In this document: positions 52,401 through 64,000 of the stretch, piece by piece
How positions within the stretch are numbered: position 1 is the first letter of the stretch
How the letters are laid out: the number at the start of each line of letters is the position of its first letter
Assembly (NCBI GenBank): GCA_043228905.1
Contig: JBHGNT010000025.1
Coordinates: 434,001 to 498,000, forward strand
Length of the DNA: 64,000 nt
Source: Azolla caroliniana
Lineage: Eukaryota; Plantae; Polypodiophyta
Reading direction: 5' to 3'
Position numbers and translations under genes: made by a program
Notes under the pieces: generated by a model
What the model saw: the letters and a program-made list of their open reading frames with translations, nothing else
What the model was told of the DNA's origin: nothing
Databases searched by the model: none

Positions 52401-55400
52401 TAAAATGTTCATACCTGGCTCGTGTGATATCGGATTTTTGTGTTCAACCATGCGAATCAAAGCTAACAACGCTACCTATGATATGGAACTAAAAAATCAT
52501 GATTTTGAAACTCAGGTCAAGAGATATGAAGAAATTAGCAATGTTGAGGAGGGAGTTGAGAGGAGCCCTTGAGTACATTAAAATGTTCATACCTGGCGCG
52601 TGTGATATCTGATTTTTGTGTTCAAACATGCGAATCGAAGCTAACAATGCTAGCTATGACATGGTATTAAAAAATCAAGATTTTGAAACTCAAGTCGAGA
52701 GATATGACGAAATTACCTAATTTGAGGAGGGAGTTGAGACGACCTAGTAGGTAAATTAAAATGTTCATACCTGGCTCGTGTGATATCGGATTTTTGTGTT
52801 CAAACATGCGAATCAAAGCTAACAACGCTAGCTATGATATGGAACTAAAAAATCAAGATTTTGAAACTCAGGTCCAGAAATATGAAGAAATTAGCAATCT
52901 TGAGGAGGGAGTTGAGAGGAGCCCTTGAGTACATTAAAATGTTCATACCTGGCTCGTGTGATATCGGATTTTTGTGTTCAAACATGCGAATCGAAGCTAA
53001 CAATGCTAGCTATGACATGGTATTAAAAAATCAAGATTTTGAAACTCAAGTCGAGAGACATGACGAAATTACCTAATTTGAGGAGGGAGTTGAGACGACC
53101 TAGTAGGTAAATTAAAATGTTCATACCTGGCTCGTGTGATATCGGATTTTTGTGTTCAAACATGCGAATCAAAGCTAACAACGCTAGCTATGATATGGAA
53201 CTAAAAAATCAAGATTTTGAAACTCAGGTCGAGAGATATGAAGAAATTAGCAATCTTGAGGAGGGAGTTGAGAGGAGCCCTTGAGTACATTAAAATGTTC
53301 ATACCTGGCTCGTGTGATATCGGATTTTTGTGTTCAAACATGTGAATCGAAGCTAACAACGCTAGCTATTCTATGGAACTAAAAAATCAAGATTTTGAAA
53401 CTCAGGTCGAGAGATATGAAGAAATTAGCAATCTTGAGGAGGGAGTTGAGAGGAGCCCTTGAGTACATTAAAATGTTCATACCTGGCGCGTGTGATATCT
53501 GATTTTTGTGTTCAAACATGCGAATCGAAGCTAACAACGCTAGCTATTATATGGAACTAAAAAGTCAAGATTTTGAAACTCAGGTCGAGAGATATGAAGA
53601 AATTAGCAATCTTGAGGAGGGAGTTGAGAGGAGCCCTTGAGTACATTAAAATGTTCATACCTGGCGCGTGTGATATCGGATTTTTGTGTTCAAACATGAG
53701 AATCGAAGCTAAAAACGCTAGCTATGATATGGTATTCAAAAATCATGATTTCGAAATTGAGGTCGAGAGACATGAAGAAATTAGCAATCTTGAGGAGGGA
53801 GTTGAGAGGAGCCCTTGAGTACATTAAAATGTTCATACCTGGCTCGTGTGATATCGGATTTTTGTGTTCAAACATGCGAATCGAAGCTAACAACGCTAGC
53901 TATTATATGGAACTAAAAAATCAAGATTTTGAAACTCAGGTCCAGAAATATGAAGAAATTAGCAACCTTGAGGAGGGAGTTGAGAGGAGCCCTTGAGTAC
54001 ATTAAAATGTTCATACCTGGCGCGTGTGATATCGGATTTTTGTGTTCAGACATGCGAATCGAAGCTAACAACGCTAGCTATTCTATGGAACTAAAAAATC
54101 AAGATTTTGAAATTGAGGTCGAGAGACATGAAGAAATTAGCAATCTTGAGGAGGGAGTTGAGAGGAGCCCTTGAGTACATTAAAATGTTCATACCTGGCT
54201 CGTGTGATATCGGATTTTTGTGTTCAAACATGCGAATCGAAGCTAACAACGCTAGCTATTATATGGAACTAAAAAATCAAGATTTTGAAACTCAGGTCCA
54301 GAAATATGAAGAAATTAGCAACCTTGAGGAGGGAGTTGAGAGGAGCCCTTGAGTACATTAAAATGTTCATACCTGGCTCGTGTGATATCGGATTTTTGTG
54401 TTCAAACATGTGAATCGAAGCTAACAACGCTAGCTATTATATGGAACTAAAAAATCAAGATTTTGAAACTCAGGTCCAGAAATATGAAGAAATTAGCAAT
54501 CTTGAGGAGGGAGTTGAGAGGAGCCCTTGAGTACATTAAAATGTTCATACCTGGCTCGTGTGATATCGGATTTTTGTGTTCAAACATGCGAATCGAAGCT
54601 AACAATGCTAGCTATGACATGGTATTAAAAAATCAAGATTTTGAAACTCAAGTCGAGAGACATGACGAAATTACCTAATTTGAGGAGGGAGTTGAGACGA
54701 CCTAGTAGGTAAATTAAAATGTTCATACCTGGCTCGTGTGATATCGGATTTTTGTGTTCAAACATGCGAATCGAAGCTAACATTGCTAGCTATGACATGG
54801 TATTAAAAAATCAAGATTTTGAAACTCAAGTCGAGAGATATGAAGAAATTAGCAATCTTGAGGAGGGAGTTGAGAGGAGCCCTTGCGTAAATTAAAATGT
54901 TCATACCTGGCTCGTGTGATATCGGATTTTTGTGTTCAAACATGCGAATCGAAGCTAACAATGCTAGCTATGACATGGTATTAAAAAATCAAGATTTTGA
55001 AACTCAGGTCGAGAGATATGAAGAAATTAGCAATCTTGAGGAGGGAGTTGAGAGGAGCCCTTGAGTAAATTAAAATGTTCATACCTGGCTCGTGTGATAT
55101 CGGATTTTTGTGTTCAAACATGCGAATCGAAGCTAACAACGCTAGCTATGATATGGTATTAAAAAATCATGATTTTGAAACTCAGGTCAAGAGACATGAC
55201 GAAATTACCAAATTGGAGGAGGGAGTTGAGAGGAGCCCTTGAGTATATTAAAATGTTCATACCTGGCGCGTGTGATATCGGATTTTTGTGTTCCAACATG
55301 CGAATCGAAGCTAACAACGCTAGCTATGACATGGTATTAAAAAATCAAGATTTTGAAACTCAGGTCGAGAGACATGAAGAAATTAGCAATCTTGAGGAGG

Positions 55401-55416
55401 GAGTTGAGAGGAGCCC

Positions 55417-56980
55417 TTGAGTAAATTAAAATGTTCATACCTGGCTCGTGTGATATCGGTTTTTTGTGTTCAAACATGCGAATCGAAGCTAAAAACGCTA
55501 GCTATGATATGGTATTCAAAAATCATGATTTCGAAATTGAGGTCGAGAGACATGAAGAAATTAGCAATCTTGAGGAGGGAGTTGAGAGGAGCCCTTGAGT
55601 ACATTAAAATGTTCATACCTGGCTCGTGTGATATCGGATTTTTGTGTTCAAACATGCGAATCGAAGCTAACAATGCTAGCTATGACATGGTATTAAAAAA
55701 TCAAGATTTTGAAACTCAAGTCGAGAGACATGACGAAATTACCTAATTTGAGGAGGGAGTTGAGACGACCTAGTAGGTAAATTAAAATGTTCATACCTGG
55801 CTCGTGTGATATCGGATTTTTGTGTTCAAACATGCGAATCGAAGCTAACAATGCTAGCTATGACATGGTATTAAAAAATCAAGATTTTGAAACTCAAGTC
55901 GAGAGATATGAAGAAATTAGCAATCTTGAGGAGGGAGTTGAGAGGAGCCCTTGAGTAAATTAAAATGTTCATACCTGGCTCGTGTGATATCGGATTTTTG
56001 TGTTCAAACATGCGAATCGAAGCTAACAACGCTAGCTATTATATGGAACTAAAAAATCAAGATTTTGAAACTCAGGTCCAGAGACATGACGAAATTAGCA
56101 ATCTTGAGGAGGGAGTTGAGAGGAGCCCTTGAGTACATTAAAATGTTCATACCTGGCTCGTGTGATATCGGATTTTTGTGTTCAAACATGTGAATCGAAG
56201 CTAACAACGCTAGCTATGATATGGTATTCAAAAATCATGATTTCGAAATTGAGGTCGAGAGACATGAAGAAATTAGCAATCTTGAGGAGGGAGTTGAGAG
56301 GAGCCCTTGAGTAAATTAAAATGTTCATACCTGGCTCGTGTGATATCGGTTTTTTGTGTTCAAACATGCGAATCGAAGCTAAAAACGCTAGCTATGATAT
56401 GGTATTCAAAAATCATGATTTCGAAATTGAGGTCGAGAGACATGAAGAAATTAGCAATCTTGAGGAGGGAGTTGAGAGGAGCCCTTGAGTACATTAAAAT
56501 GTTCATACCTGGCTCGTGTGATATCGGATTTTTGTGTTCAAACATGCGAATCGAAGCTAACAATGCTAGCTATGACATGGTATTAAAAAATCAAGATTTT
56601 GAAACTCAAGTCGAGAGACATGACGAAATTACCTAATTTGAGGAGGGAGTTGAGACGACCTAGTAGGTAAATTAAAATGTTCATACCTGGCTCGTGTGAT
56701 ATCGGATTTTTGTGTTCAAACATGCGAATCGAAGCTAACAATGCTAGCTATGACATGGTATTAAAAAATCAAGATTTTGAAACTCAAGTCGAGAGATATG
56801 AAGAAATTAGCAATCTTGAGGAGGGAGTTGAGAGGAGCCCTTGAGTAAATTAAAATGTTCATACCTGGCTCGTGTGATATCGGATTTTTGTGTTCAAACA
56901 TGCGAATCGAAGCTAACAACGCTAGCTATTATATGGAACTAAAAAATCAAGATTTTGAAACTCAGGTCCAGAAATATGAA
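55417..56980 (+). repeat. 5-monomer (890 bp) duplication
   Basis: ORF pairs 55417/56307 and 55470/56360. The divergent cassette is at ~55767 and ~56657. Confidence 0.8.
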
Positions 56981-59900
56981 GAAATTAGCAATCTTGAGGA
57001 GGGAGTTGAGAGGAGCCCTTGAGTACATTAAAATGTTCATACCTGGCTCGTGTGATATCGGATTTTTGTGTTCAAACATGTGAATCGAAGCTAACAACGC
57101 TAGCTATTCTATGGAACTAAAAAATCAAGATTTTGAAACTCAGGTCGAGAGATATGAAGAAATTAGCAATCTTGAGGAGGGAGTTGAGAGGAGCCCTTGA
57201 GTACATTAAAATGTTCATACCTGGCGCGTGTGATATCGGATTTTTGTGTTCAAACATGCGAATCGAAGCTAACAACGCTAGCTATTATATGGAACTAAAA
57301 AATCAAGATTTTGAAACTCAGGTCCAGAAATATGAAGAAATTAGCAATCTTGAGGAGGGAGTTGAGAGGAGCCCTTGAGTACATTAAAATGTTCATACCT
57401 GGCTCGTGTGATATCGGATTTTTGTGTTCAAACATGCGAATCGAAGCTAACAATGCTAGCTATGACATGGTATTAAAAAATCAAGATTTTGAAACTCAAG
57501 TCGAGAGACATGACGAAATTACCTAATTTGAGGAGGGAGTTGAGACGACCTAGTAGGTAAATTAAAATGTTCATACCTGGCTCGTGTGATATCGGATTTT
57601 TGTGTTCAAACATGCGAATCAAAGCTAACAACGCTAGCTATGATATGGAACTAAAAAATCAAGATTTTGAAACTCAGGTCGAGAGATATGAAGAAATTAG
57701 CAATCTTGAGGAGGGAGTTGAGAGGAGCCCTTGAGTACATTAAAATGTTCATACCTGGCTCGTGTGATATCGGATTTTTGTGTTCAAACATGCGAATCGA
57801 AGCTAACAATGCTAGCTATGACATGGTATTAAAAAATCATGATTTTGAAACTCAGGTCAAGAGATATGAAGAAATTAGCAATGTTGAGGAGGGAGTTGAG
57901 AGGAGCCCTTGAGTACATTAAAATGTTCATACCTGGCGCGTGTGATATCTGATTTTTGTGTTCAAACATGCGAATCGAAGCTAACAACGCTAGCTATTAT
58001 ATGGAACTAAAAAGTCAAGATTTTGAAACTCAGGTCGAGAGATATGAAGAAATTAGCAATCTTGAGGAGGGAGTTGAGAGGAGCCCTTGAGTACATTAAA
58101 ATGTTCATACCTGGCGCGTGTGATATCGGATTTTTGTGTTCAGACATGCGAATCGAAGCTAACAACGCTAGCTATTCTATGGAACTAAAAAATCAAGATT
58201 TTGAAATTGAGGTCGAGAGACATGAAGAAATTAGCAATCTTGAGGAGGGAGTTGAGAGGAGCCCTTGAGTAAATTAAAATGTTCATACCTGGCTCGTGTG
58301 ATATCGGTTTTTTGTGTTCAAACATGAGAATCGAAGCTAAAAACGCTAGCTATGATATTGTATTCAAAAATCATGATTTCGAAATTGAGGTCGAGAGACA
58401 TGAAGAAATTAGCAATCTTGAGGAGGGAGTTGAGAGGAGCCCTTGAGTACATTAAAATGTTCATACCTGGCTCGTGTGATATCGGATTTTTGTGTTCAAA
58501 CATGCGAATCGAAGCTAACAACGCTAGCTATTATATGGAACTAAAAAATCAAGATTTTGAAACTCAGGTCCAGAAATATGAAGAAATTAGCAACCTTGAG
58601 GAGGGAGTTGAGAGGAGCCCTTGAGTACATTAAAATGTTCATACCTGGCTCGTGTGATATCGGATTTTTGTGTTCAAACATGTGAATCGAAGCTAACAAC
58701 GCTAGCTATTATATGGAACTAAAAAATCAAGATTTTGAAACTCAGGTCCAGAAATATGAAGAAATTAGCAATCTTGAGGAGGGAGTTGAGAGGAGCCCTT
58801 GAGTACATTAAAATGTTCATACCTGGCTCGTGTGATATCGGATTTTTGTGTTCAAACATGCGAATCGAAGCTAACAATGCTAGCTATGACATGGTATTAA
58901 AAAATCAAGATTTTGAAACTCAAGTCGAGAGACATGACGAAATTACCTAATTTGAGGAGGGAGTTGAGACGACCTAGTAGGTAAATTAAAATGTTCATAC
59001 CTGGCTCGTGTGATATCGGATTTTTGTGTTCAAACATGCGAATCAAAGCTAACAACGCTAGCTATGATATGGAACTAAAAAATCAAGATTTTGAAACTCA
59101 GGTCGAGAGATATGAAGAAATTAGCAATCTTGAGGAGGGAGTTGAGAGGAGCCCTTGAGTACATTAAAATGTTCATACCTGGCTCGTGTGATATCGGATT
59201 CTTGTGTTCAAACATGCGAATCGAAGCTAACATTGCTAGCTATGACATGGTATTAAAAAATCATGATTTTGAAACTCAGGTCCAGAAATATGAAGAAATT
59301 AGCAATCTTGAGGAGGGAGTTGAGAGGAGCCCTTGAGTACATTAAAATGTTCATACCTGGCTCGTGTGATATCGGATTTTTGTGTTCAAACATGTGAATC
59401 GAAGCTAACAACGCTAGCTATTATATGGAACTAAAAAATCAAGATTTTGAAACTCAGGTCCAGAAATATGAAGAAATTAGCAATCTTGAGGAGGGAGTTG
59501 AGAGGAGCCCTTGTGTACATTAAAATGTTCATACCTGGCTCGTGTGATATCGGATTTTTGTGTTCAAACATGCGAATCGAAGCTAACAATGCTAGCTATG
59601 ACATGGTATTAAAAAATCAAGATTTTGAAACTCAAGTCGAGAGACATGACGAAATTACCTAATTTGAGGAGGGAGTTGAGACGACCTAGTAGGTAAATTA
59701 AAATGTTCATACCTGGCTCGTGTGATATCGGATTTTTGTGTTCAAACATGCGAATCAAAGCTAACAACGCTAGCTATGATATGGAACTAAAAAATCAAGA
59801 TTTTGAAACTCAGGTCGAGAGATATGAAGAAATTAGCAATCTTGAGGAGCGAGTTGAGAGGAGCCCTTGAGTACATTAAAATGTTCATACCTGGCTCGTG

Positions 59901-61899
59901 TGATATCGGATTTTTGTGTTCAAACATGCGAATCGAAGCTAACATTGCTAGCTATGACATGGTATTAAAAAATCAAGATTTTGAAACTCAAGTCGAGAGA
60001 TATGAAGAAATTAGCAATCTTGAGGAGGGAGTTGAGAGGAGCCCTTGCTTAAATTAAAATGTTCATACCTGGCTCGTGTGATATCGGATTTTTGTGTTCA
60101 AACATGCGAATCGAAGCTAACAATGCTAGCTATGACATGGTATTAAAAAATCAAGATTTTGAAACTCAGGTCGAGAGATATGAAGAAATTAGCAATCTTG
60201 AGGAGGGAGTTGAGAGGAGCCCTTGAGTAAATTAAAATGTTCATACCTGGCTCGTGTGATATCGGATTTTTGTGTTCAAACATGCGAATCGAAGCTAACA
60301 ACGCTAGCTATGATATGGTATTAAAAAATCATGATTTTGAAACTCAGGTCGAGAGAGATGACGAAATTACCAAATTGGAGGAGGGAGTTGAGAGGAGCCC
60401 TTGAGTATATTAAAATGTTCATACCTGGCGCGTGTGATATCGGATTTTTGTGTTCCAACATGCGAATCGAAGCTAACAACGCTAGCTATGACATGGTATT
60501 AAAAAATCAAGATTTTGAAACTCAGGTCGAGAGACATGAAGAAATTAGCAATCTTGAGGAGGGAGTTGAGAGGAGCCCTTGAGTACATTAAAATGTTCAT
60601 ACCTGGCGCGTGTGATATCTGATTTTTGTGTTCAAACATGCGAATCGAAGCTAACAACGCTAGCTATTATATGGAACTAAAAAGTCAAGATTTTGAAACT
60701 CAGGTCGAGAGATATGAAGAAATTAGCAATCTTGAGGAGGGAGTTGAGAGGAGCCCTTGAGTACATTAAAATGTTCATACCTGGCTCGTGTGATATCGGA
60801 TTTTTGTGTTCAAACATGCGAATCAAAGCTAACAACGCTAGCTATGATATGGAACTAAAAAATCAAGATTTTGAAACTCAGGTCGAGAGATATGAAGAAA
60901 TTAGCAATCTTGAGGAGGGAGTTGAGAGGAGCCCTTGAGTACATTAAAATGTTCATACCTGGCGCGTGTGATATCGGATTTTTGTGTTCAAACATGCGAA
61001 TCGAAGCTAACAACGCTAGCTATTATATGGAACTAAAAAATCAAGATTTTGAAACTCAGGTCCAGAAATATGAAGAAATTAGCAATCTTGAGGAGGGAGT
61101 TGAGAGGAGCCCTTGAGTACATTAAAATGTTCATACCTGGCGCGTGTGATATCGGATTTTTCTGTTCAAACATGCGAATCGAAGCTAACAACACTAGCTA
61201 TTCTATGGAACTAAAAAATCAAGATTTTGAACCTCAGGTAGAGAGATATGAAGAAATTAGCAATCCTGACGAGGGAGTTGAGAGGAGCCCTTGAGTACAT
61301 TAAAATGTTCATACCTGGCTCGTGTGATATCGGATTTTTGTGTTCAAACATGCGAATCGAAGCTAACAACGCTAGCTATGACATGGTATTAAAAAATCAT
61401 GATTTTGAAACTCAGGTCGAGAAATATGAAGAAATTAGCAATCTTTAGGAGGGAGTTGAGAGGAGCCATTGAGTAAATTAAAATGTTCATACATGGCTCG
61501 TGTGATATCGGATTTTTGTGTTCAAACATGTGAATCGAAGCTAACAACGCTAGCTATTCTATGGAACTAAAAAATCAAGATTTTGAAATTGAGGTCGAGA
61601 GACATGAAGAAATTAGCAATCTTGAGGAGGGAGTTGAGAGGAGCCCTTGAGTACATTAAAATGTTTATACCTGGCTCGTGTGATATCGGATTTTTGTGTT
61701 CAAACATGCGAATCGAAGCTAACAACGCTAGCTATGACATGGTATTAAAAAATCAAGATATTGAAACTCAGGTCGAGAGATATGAAGAAATTAGCAATCT
61801 TGAGGAGGGAGTTGAGAGGAGCCCTTGAGTAAATTAAAATGTTCATACCTGGCTCGTGTGATATCGGATTTTTGTGTTCAAACATGCGAATCGAAGCTA

Positions 61900-64000
61900 A
61901 CAATGCTAGCTATGACATGGTATTAAAAAATCAAGATTTTGAAACTCAAGTCGAGAGACATGACGAAATTACCTAATTTGAGGAGGGAGTTGAGACGACC
62001 TAGTAGGTAAATTAAAATGTTCATACCTGGCTCGTGTGATATCGGATTTTTGTGTTCAAACATGCGAATCGAAGCTAACAATGCTAGCTATGACATGGTA
62101 TTAAAAAATCAAGATTTTGAAACTCAAGTCGAGAGATATGAAGAAATTAGCAATCTTGAGGAGGGAGTTGAGAGGAGCCCTTGAGTAAATTAAAATGTTC
62201 ATACCTGGCTCGTGTGATATCGGATTTTTGTGTTCAACCATGCGAATCAAAGCTAACAACGCTACCTATGATATGGAACTAAAAAATCATGATTTTGAAA
62301 CTCAGGTCAAGAGATATGAAGAAATTAGCAATGTTGAGGACGGAGTTGAGAGGAGCCCTTGAGTACATTAAAATGTTCATACCTGGCTCGTGTGATATCG
62401 GATTTTTGTGTTCAAACATGTGAATCGAAGCTAACAACGCTAGCTATTCTATGGAACTAAAAAATCAAGATTTTGAAACTCAGGTCGAGAGATATGAAGA
62501 AATTAGCAATCTTGAGGAGGGAGTTGAGAGGAGCCCTTGAGTACATTAAAATGTTCATACCTGGCGCGTTGGATATCGGATTTTTGTGTTCAAACATGCG
62601 AATCGAAGCTAACAATGCTAGCTATGACATGGTATTAAAAAATCATGATTTTGAAACTCAGGTCGAGAGATATGAAGAAATTAGCAATCTTGAGGAGGGA
62701 GTTGAGAGGAGCCATTGAGTAAATTAAAATGTTCATACATGGCTCGTGTGATATCGGATTTTTGTGTTCAAACATGTGAATCGAAGCTAACAACGCTAGC
62801 TATTCTATGGAACTAAAAAATCATGATTTTGAAACTCAGGTCGAGAGATATGAAGAAATTAGCAATCTTGAGGAGGGAGTTGAGAGGAGCCCTTGAGTAC
62901 ATTAAAATGTTCAGACCTGGCGCGTGTGATATCGGATTTTTGTGTTCAAACATGCGAATCGAAGCTAACAACGCTAGCTATTATATGGAACTAAAAAATC
63001 AAGATTTTGAAACTCAGGTCCAGAGACATGACGAAATTAGCAATCTTGAGGAGGGAGTTGAGAGGAGCCCTTGAGTACATTAAAATGTTCATACCTGGCT
63101 CGTGTGATATCGGATTTTTGTGTTCAAACATGTGAATCGAAGCTAACAACGCTAGCCATTCTATGGAACTAAAAAATCAAGATTTTGAAATTGAGGTCGA
63201 GAGACATGAAGAAATTAGCAATCTTGAGGAGGGAGTTGAGAGGAGCCCTTGAGTACATTAAAATGTTCATACCTGGCTCGTGTGATATCGGATTTTTGTG
63301 TTCAAACATGCGAATCGAAGCTAACAATGCTAGCTATGACATGGTTTTAAAAAATCAAGATTTTGAAACTCAAGTCGAGAGACATGACGAAATTACCTAA
63401 TTTGAGGAGGGAGTTGAGACGACCTAGTAGGTAAATTAAAATATTCATACCTGGCTCGTGTGATATCGGATTTTTGTGTTCAAACATGCGAATCGAAGCT
63501 AACAATGCTAGCTATGACATGGTATTAAAAAATCAAGATTTTGAAACTCAAGTCGAGAGATATGAAGAAATTAGCAATCTTGAGGAGGGAGTTGAGAGGA
63601 GCCCTTGAGTAAATTAAAATGTTCATACCTGGCTCGTGTGATATCGGATTTTTGTGTTCAACCATGCGAATCAAAGCTAACAACGCTACCTATGATATGG
63701 AACTAAAAAATCATGATTTTGAAACTCAGGTCAAGAGATATGAAGAAATTAGCAATGTTGAGGAGGGAGTTGAGAGGAGCCCTTGAGTACATTAAAATGT
63801 TCATACCTGGCTCGTGTGATATCGGATTTTTGTGTTCAAACATGTGAATCGAAGCTAACAACGCTAGCTATTCTATGGAACTAAAAAATCAAGATTTTGA
63901 AACTCAGGTCGAGAGATATGAAGAAATTAGCAATCTTGAGGAGGGAGTTGAGAGGAGCCCTTGAGTACATTAAAATGTTCATACCTGGCGCGTTGGATAT
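61900..64000 (+). repeat. 8-monomer (1424 bp) offset duplication running off the window end
   Basis: The rare CGTTGGATAT variant is at 62567 and 63991 (offset 1424). The divergent cassette is at ~61997 and ~63421. Confidence 0.75.

Larger units (their letters stand above)
1..64000 (+). repeat. Tandem satellite DNA array, 178-bp monomer, ~359.5 copies, single orientation (centromeric/pericentromeric-type, family not identified)
   Basis: The monomer TTGAAACTCAGGTCGAGAGATATGAAGAAATTAGCAATCTTGAGGAGGGAGTTGAGAGGAGCCCTTGAGTACATTAAAATGTTCATACCTGGC(T/G)CGTGTGATATCGGATTTTTGTGTTCAAACATGCGAATCGAAGCTAACAACGCTAGCTAT...ATGG...TAAAAAATCAAGATT recurs continuously. Equivalent ORF starts are spaced by multiples of 178 (177, 711, 889, 1067...), and 63185-177=63008=354x178-4. 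The array runs off both window edges. A centromeric role is inference only. Confidence 0.99.

Noticed and set aside
2964-58521. Minus-strand 61-67 aa ORFs (MLASIRMFEHKNPISHEPG...)
   Set aside because: They arise only where a monomer variant removes a stop codon. They are antisense read-through of the satellite.
177-63400. Well over a hundred near-identical 61-119 aa ORFs (MKLRSRDMKKLAILRRELRGALEYIKMFIPG...) as a tandem gene family
   Set aside because: 178 is not divisible by 3, so the ORFs simply run across monomer boundaries into the next frame and stop within about two monomers. They overlap each other, appear or vanish with single variants such as TAC/TAA and CGA/TGA, and show no recognisable domain.
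1-64000. CRISPR array or other repeat-spacer system
   Set aside because: There are no unique spacers. The entire 178 bp is repeated, and there is no leader or cas gene.
1-64000. Identification as Arabidopsis CEN178/CEN180 from the monomer length
   Set aside because: Only the length matches. I recognise no sequence similarity, and the monomer lacks the AAGCTT site typical of that repeat.
1-64000. 5S rDNA, tRNA or snRNA tandem cluster, or telomeric repeat
   Set aside because: No recognisable 5S, tRNA or snRNA sequence or internal promoter boxes, and no short telomeric motif.
1-64000. A single fixed-period higher-order repeat across the window
   Set aside because: Offsets between matching blocks vary widely and no unit is repeated more than about twice in tandem.

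Overview
The whole 64 kb window is one uninterrupted head-to-tail tandem satellite array. The monomer is 178 bp, about 38% GC (67/178 in monomer 177-354), with about 359.5 copies all in one orientation. I see no genes, RNA genes, transposon insertions, inversions or unique spacers. All listed ORFs are frame-cycling artefacts of the repeat. The monomer size, very high homogeneity and CpG-decay variants fit a eukaryotic centromeric or pericentromeric satellite, but I cannot assign it to a named family or organism. The structure lies in the variants. (1) There is a nested, irregular higher-order architecture with offsets of 3, 4, 5, 7, 8, 12, 13, 24, 25, 31, 44/51, 49, 114 and 185 monomers. (2) The only net length change is one 1-bp deletion, present four times in a single lineage. 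(3) About 29 monomers carry a divergent ~50-bp cassette whose clustered substitutions create nested inverted repeats, and several other recurrent single-base variants also perfect quasi-palindromes. (4) Variant composition shifts at about 47.5 kb. Counts and boundaries were read by eye and are approximate.
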